Under the pieces are notes generated by a model, which had not been told where the DNA came from, did not search any database, and saw nothing but the letters and a program-made list of their open reading frames with translations. From an uncultured delta proteobacterium (GTDB taxonomy: Bacteria > Desulfobacterota > Binatia > Binatales > Binataceae), in the NCBI GenBank assembly GCA_963711565.1, contig CAVQEQ010000004.1, forward strand, positions 960,001-1,024,000: a DNA stretch of 64,000 nt, in the 5' to 3' direction. Shown in pieces: positions 10,877 through 21,464 of the stretch. Each line of letters begins with the position of its first letter. Positions within the stretch are counted from its first letter, which is position 1. The position numbers and the translations under genes are program-made.

Positions 10877-12436
10877 ATGATTTTGCTCAATGCATCCGAA
10901 AGCCGCGAACTCGATCGCATCAGCCAGGAAAAGTACGGAATTCCGTCTTACTCGCTGATGACGCGAGCGGGCGAGGCGGTTGCCGATGCGCTGATCGAGC
11001 GGTTCCCCGATGCGGCGACTGATTTGCTGGTCGTCGCGGGCAAGGGCAACAACGGCGGCGACGGCTTCGTCGCGGCACGACGCTTGATCCAGGACGGCTT
11101 CGCGGTGCGAGCGGTTCTGCTCGGCCGCGTGGCGGATTTGAAGGGCGACGCGGCGCGCGCGAATGCGGAGTTCCGCGCATGCCGTGGCAAGGTGCTCGAG
11201 GCCTCCACGGAATCGAGCATCGAAGCCGCGCTGAGCAAACGGCCTAGCGCTGTCGTCGACGCGATTTTCGGCACGGGACTGAATGCGGAAGTGAAGGACG
11301 GGCCGCGACGTGCGATCGAGATCGTCAATTCATTCGCGGTGCCGACGGTTGCCGTCGATATCGCGTCGGGCGTGAACTCGGACACGGGTGGGGTCATGGG
11401 CGCGGCAATTCAAGCCTCGCTCACGGTGACCTTCGGCTTCGCGAAGTTCGGCCACGTTTCATATCCCGGTGCGGGGCAATGCGGCGAGTTGAGGATTGTC
11501 GATATCGGCTTTGCTCCGCGCGCGATCGACGAGATCGCGCCGCGCGGACGATTCCTCGAGGGCGCTGACCTGCAGCACCTGATTCGCGCGCGGCCCGTGA
11601 CTTCGAACAAGGGCATGTATGGGCATCCGCTGGTGATAGCCGGCGGCCGTGGCAAGTCCGGCGCCGTGCTGCTCGCCTCGCGCGCCGCGCTTCGAACGGG
11701 TGCGGGTCTGGTTACCGCGGCGATGCCGGAGTCGATCCAGCCGATCGTCGCGGCGGGGCAGGCTGAGCTGATGACGGAGCCGATCGCGGATCGCGACGGC
11801 CATTTTGACGGCGCTCATGCGCCCGACGCGTTGAAGATGTTGCTGAAAGGCAAGAACGCGTTGATCGTGGGGCCGGGAATTGGTGTAACAGATGATACCA
11901 ATCGACTCATCGAATGGCTGATTTCGGACGCATCCGAGCCAGAGCGTCCGATGCTGATCGACGCCGACGGGCTGAACGCGCTCGCCGCCATCGGTTGCGA
12001 GTCTTTGAAGCATGCGCGCGGTCCCATCGTGCTGACGCCTCATCCGGGGGAAGCTGCGCGCCTGCTCGGTGGAACACCCTCGACTATCAACGACGATCGC
12101 GTGACTGCGGCGCGCACATTGGCGGAGCGAACGGGCGCAACCGTGCTCATCAAGGGCGCGCGCTCGGTGATCGCCTCTCCCGACGGCGACATCTACGTGA
12201 ATTCGACCGGGAATCCCGGGATGGCCACGCCGGGGATGGGTGACGCGCTGTCGGGAATGGTCGGCGCGCTACTCGGACAGCATCTCCGCCCGCTCGACGC
12301 GCTCGCGCTCGGCGTTTTTCTCCATGGCTACGCGGCGGATCGCGTCGCGGCGCGGATGGGCCGCGTCGGCTATCTCGCCGGCGACCTGATTGACGAGCTG
12401 CCTGCGGCTCTGGGAGCGTTGATGTTAGACGCGTGA
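10877..12436 (+). CDS. nnr: bifunctional NAD(P)H-hydrate epimerase/dehydratase
   Basis: GKGNNGGDG, DAIFGTG, DADGLN, LTPHPGE, GMGD. Confidence 0.95.
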   Translation: MILLNASESRELDRISQEKYGIPSYSLMTRAGEAVADALIERFPDAATDLLVVAGKGNNGGDGFVAARRLIQDGFAVRAVLLGRVADLKGDAARANAEFRACRGKVLEASTESSIEAALSKRPSAVVDAIFGTGLNAEVKDGPRRAIEIVNSFAVPTVAVDIASGVNSDTGGVMGAAIQASLTVTFGFAKFGHVSYPGAGQCGELRIVDIGFAPRAIDEIAPRGRFLEGADLQHLIRARPVTSNKGMYGHPLVIAGGRGKSGAVLLASRAALRTGAGLVTAAMPESIQPIVAAGQAELMTEPIADRDGHFDGAHAPDALKMLLKGKNALIVGPGIGVTDDTNRLIEWLISDASEPERPMLIDADGLNALAAIGCESLKHARGPIVLTPHPGEAARLLGGTPSTINDDRVTAARTLAERTGATVLIKGARSVIASPDGDIYVNSTGNPGMATPGMGDALSGMVGALLGQHLRPLDALALGVFLHGYAADRVAARMGRVGYLAGDLIDELPAALGALMLDA

Positions 12437-13908
12437 ACGACCAGCCCAACATAGTATTCGTGATGTCCGATCAGCACCGCGCCGATGTCATGGGCTGCGC
12501 CGGCGACCCTGTCGTGAAGACACCTAATATGGACCGCCTCGCGGGCGAGGGCATCCGCTTCGAGCGAGCGTATTGCCAGGGGCCGTTGTGCATGCCCGCG
12601 CGCGCGTCGATGCTGACCGAGCGTTATGTGCGCGATCACGGCGTATTCGAGAACGGCTCGCAGGTCAGCGACGGCACGCCCACTTTTCTGCAAAAGCTCC
12701 GCGATGCCGGCTATTACACCTGTGAGATCGGCAAGATGCATCTGTGGCCGCACGGGCAGGTTCACGAGAAAAACGTTTCCGCGATGCGCGATCTGCTGGT
12801 CACGTACGGCTTCGACGAGCCGATCGAAACAGTCGGGAAGCTGGCGAGCCGCGCGCACGACACCGTCTACACGGACTACCTGCGCGAGAAGGGCCTGCTC
12901 GACCGCTACCGCGATTTCATCGGTAGTTTCCGTCACGGGGGCAACGCGAAGGGCGCGGCGGCATGGCAGGCTGAACCGTGTCCACTCGCGCTCGAGGATT
13001 ATGCCGACGCATGGCACGGCGCGCGCGCCGCAAAATGGATCGAAGATTACTCGCGGCGCCAGCCGTTTTTCCTCTGGGTGGGATTCCCCGGGCCGCACGA
13101 TCCGTGGGACGCGCAGGCGGAAGCGCTCGAACAATACCGGCACGCGGAAATTCCGCTGCCGCGATCCCTCAATCGTCCCGCGGTTCCGCAGTCGGGCCCC
13201 TTCAACGTGTTTCTGAACGCATTTCTCATGTACAGCGATTCCCCGACCATGACCGACGAGGCGATCACCGAAATGCGCCGCGCCTACTACGCGAATGTCA
13301 CGGTCATCGACACTGGGCTCGGCCGAATCGTCGAGGCGCTGCAAAAAAAGGGAATTCTCGACAATACGTGGATTGTCTATGCAAGCGATCATGGCGAGAT
13401 GATGGGCGAGCACCGGATGGTCACGAAGATGGTTTTCTATGAGCCCTCCGTGCGCGTGCCGATGATCGTTCGGCCTCCCGGTGGCGCGCCCGCGCGAACA
13501 GTTCAGGAGCCGGTACAACTCATGGATCTGGCCGCGACTTTTCGCGAGATCGCGGGCGCCGCGGCGCTCGAGCAGAGTGCCGCCAATTCTCTTGTGCCCT
13601 CACTTGCAGGAGATCGCGAACCGGTCGCCCTCGACGCACTGCCGAGCGAAAATTTCGGCTTCTCGATGTTTCTTACCGATCGGTACAAGCTGGTCGTTTA
13701 CGAAGATACCTGCGAGCCGGGACAACTTTTCGATCTGCTCGAAGACCCGGCCGAGGACCGCAACTTATGCGGCGATCCGAATCATGCCGGCCTGGTCGAG
13801 CGCCTGGTAAAGGACCACGCGCAGCCATTTCTCGCGACTCGGCCGCTGCGCCCGCATCCGACTTTAGTTGACCGCCAGGGTCTGCGCGGCCGCCGGGCTC
13901 CGAAGTAG
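12433..13908 (+). CDS. formylglycine-type sulfatase (choline-sulfatase-like)
   Basis: PNIVFVMSDQHR, CMPAR (CxPxR), GKMH, PHDP, SDHGE. Confidence 0.9.
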   Translation: MNDQPNIVFVMSDQHRADVMGCAGDPVVKTPNMDRLAGEGIRFERAYCQGPLCMPARASMLTERYVRDHGVFENGSQVSDGTPTFLQKLRDAGYYTCEIGKMHLWPHGQVHEKNVSAMRDLLVTYGFDEPIETVGKLASRAHDTVYTDYLREKGLLDRYRDFIGSFRHGGNAKGAAAWQAEPCPLALEDYADAWHGARAAKWIEDYSRRQPFFLWVGFPGPHDPWDAQAEALEQYRHAEIPLPRSLNRPAVPQSGPFNVFLNAFLMYSDSPTMTDEAITEMRRAYYANVTVIDTGLGRIVEALQKKGILDNTWIVYASDHGEMMGEHRMVTKMVFYEPSVRVPMIVRPPGGAPARTVQEPVQLMDLAATFREIAGAAALEQSAANSLVPSLAGDREPVALDALPSENFGFSMFLTDRYKLVVYEDTCEPGQLFDLLEDPAEDRNLCGDPNHAGLVERLVKDHAQPFLATRPLRPHPTLVDRQGLRGRRAPK

Positions 13909-13977
13909 TAGTTGGCCCGCGTAGCGGTGGAAGCACTAACTGAGTAGTCGCGCTATAGTAGTTAGTGACTAATCGCG

Positions 13978-14481
13978 ATGGCTAATGCCGCAACAGAATC
14001 GGGTACTGCTCTCGTCACGATGGTGATCGAGAGCCGCTCGCCGCACGAGACTAAATCATGGGGACGGCGGCTCGCCTCGCTGCTCGAAGGCGGGGAACTG
14101 CTCGGCCTGATTGGCGACCTCGGCGCGGGCAAGACAGTCTTCATCAAGGGCCTCGCGCGCGGACTGAGCCTGCGCGAAGAGGACATCCTGAGCCCGACCT
14201 TCACGATGATCCAGGAGCATCACGGGCGCTTCCCGCTCTATCATATCGATCTGTATCGGCTCGAAGAGGCGACACTCGACGACCTCGGTCTTCGCGAATA
14301 TCTGTTTTCCGAGGGCGTTGCGGCGGTCGAATGGTTCGAGCGTCTACGCGGCGGCGCCGACATGGAATACCTGTCGGTGCGAATCAGCTACGCCGGCGCG
14401 AATCTGCGCCGAATCGAATTCAGCGCGGGCGACTCCCGTCACGCGCAGATCATTTCCAAATTGAAACGCAGCTTCGCCTGA
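13978..14481 (+). CDS. tsaE: tRNA t6A biosynthesis ATPase TsaE
   Basis: GDLGAGKT, SPTFT, YHIDLYRL, VEW. Confidence 0.95.
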   Translation: MANAATESGTALVTMVIESRSPHETKSWGRRLASLLEGGELLGLIGDLGAGKTVFIKGLARGLSLREEDILSPTFTMIQEHHGRFPLYHIDLYRLEEATLDDLGLREYLFSEGVAAVEWFERLRGGADMEYLSVRISYAGANLRRIEFSAGDSRHAQIISKLKRSFA

Positions 14482-14589
14482 TATCAATCGCGGGAACCGC
14501 AAGCACCGCCCGGACTGCATGAAATCGGGTCGGATGTGCTACCGCGCCGCGCAGCCAACAGCTAAGGTGGCGGAAAGGATTCCCCGGTC

Positions 14590-15240
14590 GTGACCAAAGA
14601 CAGTCACTGGTTGGCGCTGGAAGAGCCGTGGCAGGTGGCACTGACACTGGCTTGGGAGGCGCATATCGGCGGCAACGTCGGTGTCGGCGCGGTTCTGACC
14701 GATCCTCGCGGGCGCATCGTTGCGGTCGGACGCAATCGTGTGTCGGACAAGGAAGCGCCGCCAGGACGGCTTCGATCGACGTATATCGCCCACGCCGAGA
14801 TCGATGTTCTGGGACAATTGATGCGTGGCGATTATCGGCATCATACCCTCTGGACGACGCTCGAATCCTGCCCGCTTTGTTGCATGGCCATTGTGATGAG
14901 CAACGTTGGGACCGTCACCTATGCAGCCAGAGATCGGCTCTGGGACGGAATATCCAGGCTCGCGGAACTCAACGAATTCATCGCAAGGCGCTGGCCTGTT
15001 CGGCGTGGTCCGCTCGGCGGCCCTGTTTCCGTGTTCTCTGAATTACTTCCGCTGCTTTGGTTTCTGGAGCACAAGCCGAGTGGAAGCGTCGTTGAGAAGT
15101 ACGAAAGCCAACATCCGCGACTTCTGGCCCTCGCCGAGACGCTTCGCGGCGATGCTCGATTCGCCGATTTGAAGGCGCATCCGCTCGATGTTGTGCTGAA
15201 CCAACTCTGGCCGGACCTCGCAGCGATCGACGCTGAGTAG
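14590..15240 (+). CDS. nucleoside/CMP deaminase family protein (TadA-like fold)
   Basis: VGAVL...G.N, HAE, TTLESCPLC zinc motif. Confidence 0.82.
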   Translation: MTKDSHWLALEEPWQVALTLAWEAHIGGNVGVGAVLTDPRGRIVAVGRNRVSDKEAPPGRLRSTYIAHAEIDVLGQLMRGDYRHHTLWTTLESCPLCCMAIVMSNVGTVTYAARDRLWDGISRLAELNEFIARRWPVRRGPLGGPVSVFSELLPLLWFLEHKPSGSVVEKYESQHPRLLALAETLRGDARFADLKAHPLDVVLNQLWPDLAAIDAE

Positions 15241-15321
15241 CCGTCGGAGGGCTGGTTTGCGTTCCATTTTCCGATCATAATACTCGATCACCCATTTCTA
15301 TGGGCAAATAGGGTCATTTTG

Positions 15322-16569
15322 ATGGGATTGGTCGTTCAAAAATACGGTGGAACGTCGGTCGGCTCGATCGAGCGGATCAAGGCGGTTGCCGATCGCGTCG
15401 TAAGGGCGCGCGACGCCGGCGATCGGATCGTCGTGGTCGTGTCCGCGATGGCCGGTGAGACCAATCGGCTGTTCAAGCTCGCTTCCGAACTCAGCGAGAC
15501 GCCGAGCGCGCGCGAGACTGACGTGCTGGTTGCGACGGGCGAGCAGGTCTCGGCCGCGCTGCTTGCGATTCGGCTGCATTCGATGGGGCATCCGACGGTT
15601 TCTTTTCTCGCTTTTCAAATGAACTTGACGACCGACTCGAATCACGGCCGCGCACGAATCAAATCCGTGCAATGCGATCGCGTGATGAGTGCGCTCGACG
15701 GAGGAAAGATTGTGGTCGTGGCGGGATACCAGGGCGTCAACGTCAACGGCGATATCACGACGCTTGGCCGCGGCGCGTCGGATCTGACTGCGGTCGCGCT
15801 CGCAGCCGCTCTCAAAGCCGACGCGTGCGAAATCTACACCAACGTCAACGGCGTCTATACCGCCGATCCAAACATTTGCCCCAAAGCAAAAAAACTCGGA
15901 CGCATCTCCTATGATGAGATGCTCGAGATGGCGGGACTCGGCGCGAAGGTGCTGCAAACCCGTTCCGTGGAACTTGCCCGCCGTTACAACGTGCCGCTCG
16001 TCGTCCGCTCCAGCTTCGGTGAAGCCGAGGGGACGTGGGTCGGACAAGAGGATCAGTCGATGGAGGACGTGCTCGTCTCGGGCGTAACGCTCGACCAGAA
16101 TCAAAGCAAGATAACGATAGCCGGTGTCGAGGATCGGCCCGGACTCGCAGCGAAGATTTTCAGCCCGATTGCCGATGCGGGAATCGTCGTCGATATGATT
16201 ATCCAGAATGCCAGCGCGGACGGCCGCACCGATATGACGTTTACCATCGGGCGCGAGGACCTTGGGCGCGCGCTCGAAATCGTCGAGCGCACCGCTAAAG
16301 AAATCGGCGCGGCGGGCGTGCGGCATAACGACCAGGTCGCCAAAGTCTCGGTGGTCGGCGTCGGCATGCGCACCCATGCCGGGGTAGCGTCCACTATGTT
16401 CAAGGTGCTGGCGGCGGAACGGATTAATATCGAGATGATTTCGACTTCGGAGATCAAGGTCTCGGTCGTGGTCAATTCGAAATACGGCGAGCTCGCGATG
16501 CGTGCGCTGCACGACGCGTTTATCAACGGCGACGGCGGCCCGAACGCCGCGCCGCGGGAGTCAGTTTGA
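15322..16569 (+). CDS. lysC: aspartate kinase
   Basis: VQKYGGTSV, VVSAM, TTLGRGASD, two ACT domains, ISTSEIK. Confidence 0.97.
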   Translation: MGLVVQKYGGTSVGSIERIKAVADRVVRARDAGDRIVVVVSAMAGETNRLFKLASELSETPSARETDVLVATGEQVSAALLAIRLHSMGHPTVSFLAFQMNLTTDSNHGRARIKSVQCDRVMSALDGGKIVVVAGYQGVNVNGDITTLGRGASDLTAVALAAALKADACEIYTNVNGVYTADPNICPKAKKLGRISYDEMLEMAGLGAKVLQTRSVELARRYNVPLVVRSSFGEAEGTWVGQEDQSMEDVLVSGVTLDQNQSKITIAGVEDRPGLAAKIFSPIADAGIVVDMIIQNASADGRTDMTFTIGREDLGRALEIVERTAKEIGAAGVRHNDQVAKVSVVGVGMRTHAGVASTMFKVLAAERINIEMISTSEIKVSVVVNSKYGELAMRALHDAFINGDGGPNAAPRESV

Positions 16570-16574
16570 GTCCG

Positions 16575-18254
16575 ATGGCGGATGCAAAACATATCCAGGT
16601 TTACGACACAACTTTGCGCGACGGTTGTCAGTCTGAGGACGTTTCACTGACGGTCGAGGACAAGGTCACGATTGCAGAGCAGCTCGACGATCTCGGCTTC
16701 GACTATATCGAGGGCGGATGGCCGGGCTCGAACGATCGCGACGCGGCGTTCTTCAAAGAGATCAAGAAAATAAAGATTCGGCACGCGAAGATCGCGGCCT
16801 TCGGCTCGACCCGCCGCTCCGGAGTGCGCGCCTCCGCCGACCGCAATCTGCAATTGTTGCTGCGGACAGGTACTCAGGTCGCGACCGTAGTCGGCAAGAC
16901 CTGGGACATGCACGTCCGCGAGGCGCTCAGAATTCCGCTCAACGAGAATCTGGAAATTCTCAACGACACGGTCGCGTTTCTGAAGAAGAACTTCGATGAA
17001 GCGATTTTCGACGCGGAGCATTTCTTCGACGGCTACTTTCACAATCCCGAGTACGCGCTCGCGTGCCTGAAAGCCGTTGATGACGCCGGCGTCACGTTGA
17101 TCGCGCTATGCGACACCAACGGCGGACGCCTCCCACATGAAATCGAAGCGGCTGTCGCGGCGGCTCGCGCGGCGGTGAATTGCCCGCTCGGAATTCATTG
17201 CCACAACGACTCGGAAGTGGCGGTCGCGAACACGTTGGCGGGTGTGAAGGCGGGCGCGACGCAGGTGCAGGGCACGGTCAACGGTTTCGGCGAGCGATGC
17301 GGCAACGCGAACCTGGTTTCGATCGTCGCGAATTTGCAGCTCAAGCTCGGATACCATTGCGTGCCGCCCGCGAAGCTCAAGACGATGCGCGAGGTCTCGA
17401 CGCTGGTTTACGAGCTCGCCAACATCACGCCGTTCGCGCGCCAGCCGTACGTCGGCCGCAGCGCGTTCGCGCACAAAGGCGGGCTGCACGTATCGGGAAT
17501 CCAGCGCAACACCGCGACCTACGAGCATATCGACCCGGCGTTGCTCGGCAACGGTCGGCGCGTGCTGCTCTCGGAGCTCTCGGGCCGCTCGAATATCGTT
17601 TACAAGGCCAAGGAGTTTGGGCTCGAGATCGATACGGCGAGCGACGACAAGATCGGCGCGCTGCTCGACGAGCTCAAGCGGCTGGAGGGCGCGGGCTACA
17701 CGTTCGACGGCGCGGACGCTTCGTTCGAGCTGCTGATGCTGCGCACTCTGGGCCTCGCGAAAGAACATTTCAACTTCGTCAGCTTCCGCGTGTTCGATGA
17801 CAAATGGCATGAGGATCGCGCGCCGTTCAGCGAGGCGGTGGTAGTGATCGAAGGGCCCGACGGGGTGCGAACGCGCAATTCGTCAATTGGGAACGGCCCC
17901 GTCAATGCGCTCGATTCGGCGCTGCGCCAGGCGCTGGTTCCGTACTATCCGAATCTCGAGGCGATGCAGCTGGTCGATTACAAGGTCCGCGTGCTCGACA
18001 ATGGCGCCGGCACGGAGGCGCGCGTCCGCGTGCTGATCGAATCCACCGACGGCAAGCGCCGATGGGGCACGGTAGGACTGTCGAGCAACGTGGTCGAGGC
18101 GAGTTGGCAGGCGCTGGTTGACTCGGTCGAATACAAGCTGCACAAGGATAACGTGAGGCCGCGCACGAAGTCGGCCGCCGGAAAACACAACGGTGCGCGT
18201 CCGCGGACCGCCAAATCCGCGGAGAACAGTCACGCCGTCCATCCTAAAGCTTGA
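16575..18254 (+). CDS. cimA: citramalate synthase
   Basis: [33 protein letters not shown]; follows lysC. Confidence 0.93.
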   Translation: MADAKHIQVYDTTLRDGCQSEDVSLTVEDKVTIAEQLDDLGFDYIEGGWPGSNDRDAAFFKEIKKIKIRHAKIAAFGSTRRSGVRASADRNLQLLLRTGTQVATVVGKTWDMHVREALRIPLNENLEILNDTVAFLKKNFDEAIFDAEHFFDGYFHNPEYALACLKAVDDAGVTLIALCDTNGGRLPHEIEAAVAAARAAVNCPLGIHCHNDSEVAVANTLAGVKAGATQVQGTVNGFGERCGNANLVSIVANLQLKLGYHCVPPAKLKTMREVSTLVYELANITPFARQPYVGRSAFAHKGGLHVSGIQRNTATYEHIDPALLGNGRRVLLSELSGRSNIVYKAKEFGLEIDTASDDKIGALLDELKRLEGAGYTFDGADASFELLMLRTLGLAKEHFNFVSFRVFDDKWHEDRAPFSEAVVVIEGPDGVRTRNSSIGNGPVNALDSALRQALVPYYPNLEAMQLVDYKVRVLDNGAGTEARVRVLIESTDGKRRWGTVGLSSNVVEASWQALVDSVEYKLHKDNVRPRTKSAAGKHNGARPRTAKSAENSHAVHPKA

Positions 18255-18285
18255 AGAGCAGCGGACGGCGAAAGAGGCACGAGCC

Positions 18286-19005
18286 ATGGGTGTTGTCAGC
18301 CGAATGAGGGAAGACATCCAGTCGGTCTTCGACCGCGACCCCGCCGCGCGCAACACGCTCGAAGTGGTGCTCCTGTATCCCGGCCTGCACGCCATCTGGG
18401 CCTATCGCGTCGCACATTGGCTCTGGGAGCACAACTGCAAGTTTCTCGGCCGCCTCGTGAGCGAGATCGCGCGGTTCATCACCGGAATCGAGATTCATCC
18501 GGGCGCGAAAATCGGCCGCCGCCTGTTCATCGATCACGGCATGGGCATCGTGATGGGGGAGACGACGGAAATTGGCGACAACGTCCTGCTCTACCAGGGC
18601 GTCACGCTCGGCGGCACCAGTCTCAAGAAAGAGAAGCGGCATCCAACGCTCGAGGATCACGTGATGGTGAGCGCGGGCGCTTCAGTCATCGGTCCGGTGC
18701 GAATCGGCGAGGGCACCCGCATCGGCGCGGGCGCGGTGGTCGTATCGTCGTCGCCGCCTTGGTCAACGGTCGTCGGAATTCCCGGCAAGGTGATCGAGGG
18801 CGACAACGCACGCCACGACGTGATGGAGCTCGATCACGCCAAGCTCCCCGACCCGGTCGCGCGCGCGATGGGCAATCTGATCGAGAAGCTCAACAAGATG
18901 GGTGTGCGGATGGAGGAGATCGAAGAGCGCCAAGACTGCCTCGAAGACAAAGTCAGCGAGCATCTGCCGCCGACTCCCGATCGCATCCTCGCCAACAAGG
19001 GCTAG
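18286..19005 (+). CDS. cysE: serine O-acetyltransferase
   Basis: [26 protein letters not shown] hexapeptide repeats. Confidence 0.96.
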   Translation: MGVVSRMREDIQSVFDRDPAARNTLEVVLLYPGLHAIWAYRVAHWLWEHNCKFLGRLVSEIARFITGIEIHPGAKIGRRLFIDHGMGIVMGETTEIGDNVLLYQGVTLGGTSLKKEKRHPTLEDHVMVSAGASVIGPVRIGEGTRIGAGAVVVSSSPPWSTVVGIPGKVIEGDNARHDVMELDHAKLPDPVARAMGNLIEKLNKMGVRMEEIEERQDCLEDKVSEHLPPTPDRILANKG

Positions 19006-19072
19006 CGATACGCCAGCCCTCATCGGCGAGAATTTTCTTACTCGCAGAAAATCAAATCTGTCGAGCGTGCTG

Positions 19073-20095
19073 CTACTTCTTCTTCTGATGCGGCGTGCCG
19101 ATGTATGGGAACTCCTTGAGCGTGTCGATGTGCGGTTTGAGGCCGCTCGGCGGACATTCATTTTTTGTCAGGAACGCGAGACGGTAATCGATCACGTCGT
19201 CGGTGAAGACGCGGCCGTTGGGGTACTTCGCGGGCTTCGATGGATTAAACGTCAGCACGTCGGGCAGTGTGCCCTCCTTGTCTATCGCCGCGATCGCCTC
19301 TTCGCGCGTGTAGTTGCCCGTGTGGCCCATCAGATGCACGAACTGATCGATCCAGCGCTTGCGATCGTTCACCGGCTCGCTGGCGTTGTATTCCAGTTTG
19401 GTGTCGTCGGTGTTGAAGAAGCTGCTGACGCTCGGATGACCCGCGCGATCGACATGGAGCAGCTTGCCGTCCTGGCGCACGCTGCATCGCCCCCAGATGT
19501 GAATGACGGGCTTGGGGGCCAGCTCGCTCGTCGGCAGCTCGATCACGGTCGAGAACACGTTGGCCTCGGTATTCGAATCCACGCCGGTCCATGGCGACTT
19601 GCCGCCGAGGGCGCTGAGGTGAGGCTCGGTGAAATTCCGTTTGCCCCGAATATCGAACAGCGCCTTGATTCCGTCGAAGTCGAAAAAGAACGCGTCGCTA
19701 CGAGCACCCGCGAAGAAGGTGTACGCGCCGGACCTGATGATGTTGGGTTTGGGGCCGAAAGATACCTCGGCGTCGGCGATGATCTTGGTTCCCACCGCCT
19801 CGACCGAGCGCGACCCCGCGCCTTTTGCGACGAAGACATTCACGGTCTGCTTGCCGTTTTGCTGCTTCGAGAACACGTAGCTGAACGCGAGATCCGTCAG
19901 GTAGTCGCCGTCGTTGTCGATATTGAGGCGGTAGATGGCGTCGGGATGGAGCGCGTCGGCATTCGGATTTGCATTGAGGATGATCGCCGTCCTCGACGGA
20001 TCGGCGGGCGACTGGAACGCATAGAGATCGCAAAGGTCGAGTCGCTGGTCACCGAGAGGCGGGCCGAGACTGAGGCCGGTAAAATGGTTCGACAT
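19073..20095 (-). CDS. DUF4331 family protein
   Basis: MSNH...LDLCDLYAF, FAGARSDAFFFD, DRAGHP, YPNGR..TDDVID, FPY.G.PH. Confidence 0.85.
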   Translation of the reverse strand: MSNHFTGLSLGPPLGDQRLDLCDLYAFQSPADPSRTAIILNANPNADALHPDAIYRLNIDNDGDYLTDLAFSYVFSKQQNGKQTVNVFVAKGAGSRSVEAVGTKIIADAEVSFGPKPNIIRSGAYTFFAGARSDAFFFDFDGIKALFDIRGKRNFTEPHLSALGGKSPWTGVDSNTEANVFSTVIELPTSELAPKPVIHIWGRCSVRQDGKLLHVDRAGHPSVSSFFNTDDTKLEYNASEPVNDRKRWIDQFVHLMGHTGNYTREEAIAAIDKEGTLPDVLTFNPSKPAKYPNGRVFTDDVIDYRLAFLTKNECPPSGLKPHIDTLKEFPYIGTPHQKKK

Positions 20096-20191
20096 GGATT
20101 CTCTCCTTTGAAGATTGAAGAGGCGGCTGCGTTGACCCTTGGAATTGTAACAAAAGGTATATTTTATGTCGCCTCACTTTTTTCGACTGCG

Positions 20192-21388
20192 TCAGAGCTT
20201 ATGTCCGAATCCCGCTCCCATCTCGTATTCATTCGGACTCTCGATCATCCGCCCGCTCAAGATTCGCTCGAAACTGAACGGCGTCAGGTCAACCGTCTTG
20301 CTGGCGCCGGTCAGAATCAGCTCGGCCATCGACGCGCCGACCGCGGGCGCGGTTTTGAATCCCGTCCCGCTGAACCCGGCCGCGACGAAGAGGTGCTCGA
20401 CTCCTGGCACTGGCCCCATCACGGCGCGCGCGTCCGGGCTGACGTCGTAGATTCCGGCGTGGCCGCGAGAGTAGGGCGCATCGGCCATCGCGGGAATCCT
20501 CTGCGCGAGGCGCTTGCGCACCGCAGCCACGAAGTCGTCATCGTTGCTCTCGCGGAAATTGTCGGGATTCGCTTCCGCCTCGGGCTTCCATCCACCCAGC
20601 CCCGCCAGCGTCAAATCGTCGCCATGCGGCCGAAAGTAACTGCCCGCGATCGTATCTATGTAGATACAGTGCTTGATTTGAGGGGGGCGCTTGAAGAATG
20701 CGATCTGCGCTCGCTCGCTCTTGATGCCGATCTTCGCGCCCATCGGGGCGAGTAATGCGTCGGTCCACGGTCCGGCGACGACGCATACCGCATCGGCCTC
20801 GTGAAGACGTCCGCTGTTATCGATCACGCCCACCGCGCGGCCGCCGCGATGCGCAATTTTCGCGACTGCTTCGTTCAGAGAGAACTCCGCGCCCAGCTTT
20901 TGCGCCGCGGCCGCAAGCGATTCGGTGGTCGCGACCGGATCCGCGTATCCGCTTTGCGGCTCAAACGCGGCCAGCGCTACGTCATCGACAAAGGTGTTCG
21001 GCTCGCGCTTATGCAGCTCAGCCGCGGTCACAATTTCTGTATCGATGCCGACCCGCTGGAGCATCGCGACGTTCGCACGCAGCCGCGCCGCGTTGCGCTC
21101 GTCAACCACGACCGCGAAACCAGTCTCGATGAAACCGCATCGCCCGCCGACGATCTCGTTCCAATGACGGAAGTATTGATGGCTCTTCCACGCCAGCTCG
21201 GCTTCGGGCGCGAACGTGTAATGCATTCTGACAAGCGCGCCCGATCGTGCCGACATCCCGGCGCAAATCCCGCCCTTGTCGAACACCCGCACTCGCGCGC
21301 CTGCCCGCGCAAGATGGAACGCGAGCGAGCATCCGACCACGCCCGCGCCGATTACTATTATGTTCGCGCTTGAAGATGTCTGCGTCAC
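20192..21388 (-). CDS. FAD-dependent oxidoreductase (DAO/sarcosine oxidase beta-like)
   Basis: GAGVVG Rossmann motif, SPD, GFSGTGFK.APAVG. Confidence 0.9.
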   Translation of the reverse strand: MTQTSSSANIIVIGAGVVGCSLAFHLARAGARVRVFDKGGICAGMSARSGALVRMHYTFAPEAELAWKSHQYFRHWNEIVGGRCGFIETGFAVVVDERNAARLRANVAMLQRVGIDTEIVTAAELHKREPNTFVDDVALAAFEPQSGYADPVATTESLAAAAQKLGAEFSLNEAVAKIAHRGGRAVGVIDNSGRLHEADAVCVVAGPWTDALLAPMGAKIGIKSERAQIAFFKRPPQIKHCIYIDTIAGSYFRPHGDDLTLAGLGGWKPEAEANPDNFRESNDDDFVAAVRKRLAQRIPAMADAPYSRGHAGIYDVSPDARAVMGPVPGVEHLFVAAGFSGTGFKTAPAVGASMAELILTGASKTVDLTPFSFERILSGRMIESPNEYEMGAGFGHKL

Positions 21389-21464
21389 GCGGCGAACCCC
21401 GTCTTTTGCCGTCGATCGGTGTACGATAAGCTAATCGCCGCATTGCTGGCGAACAAAACTGTAT

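Noticed and set aside
18902-20755. 617-aa + strand ORF
   Set aside because: Antisense shadow of the DUF4331 and FAD oxidoreductase genes; long shadow ORFs are expected at high GC
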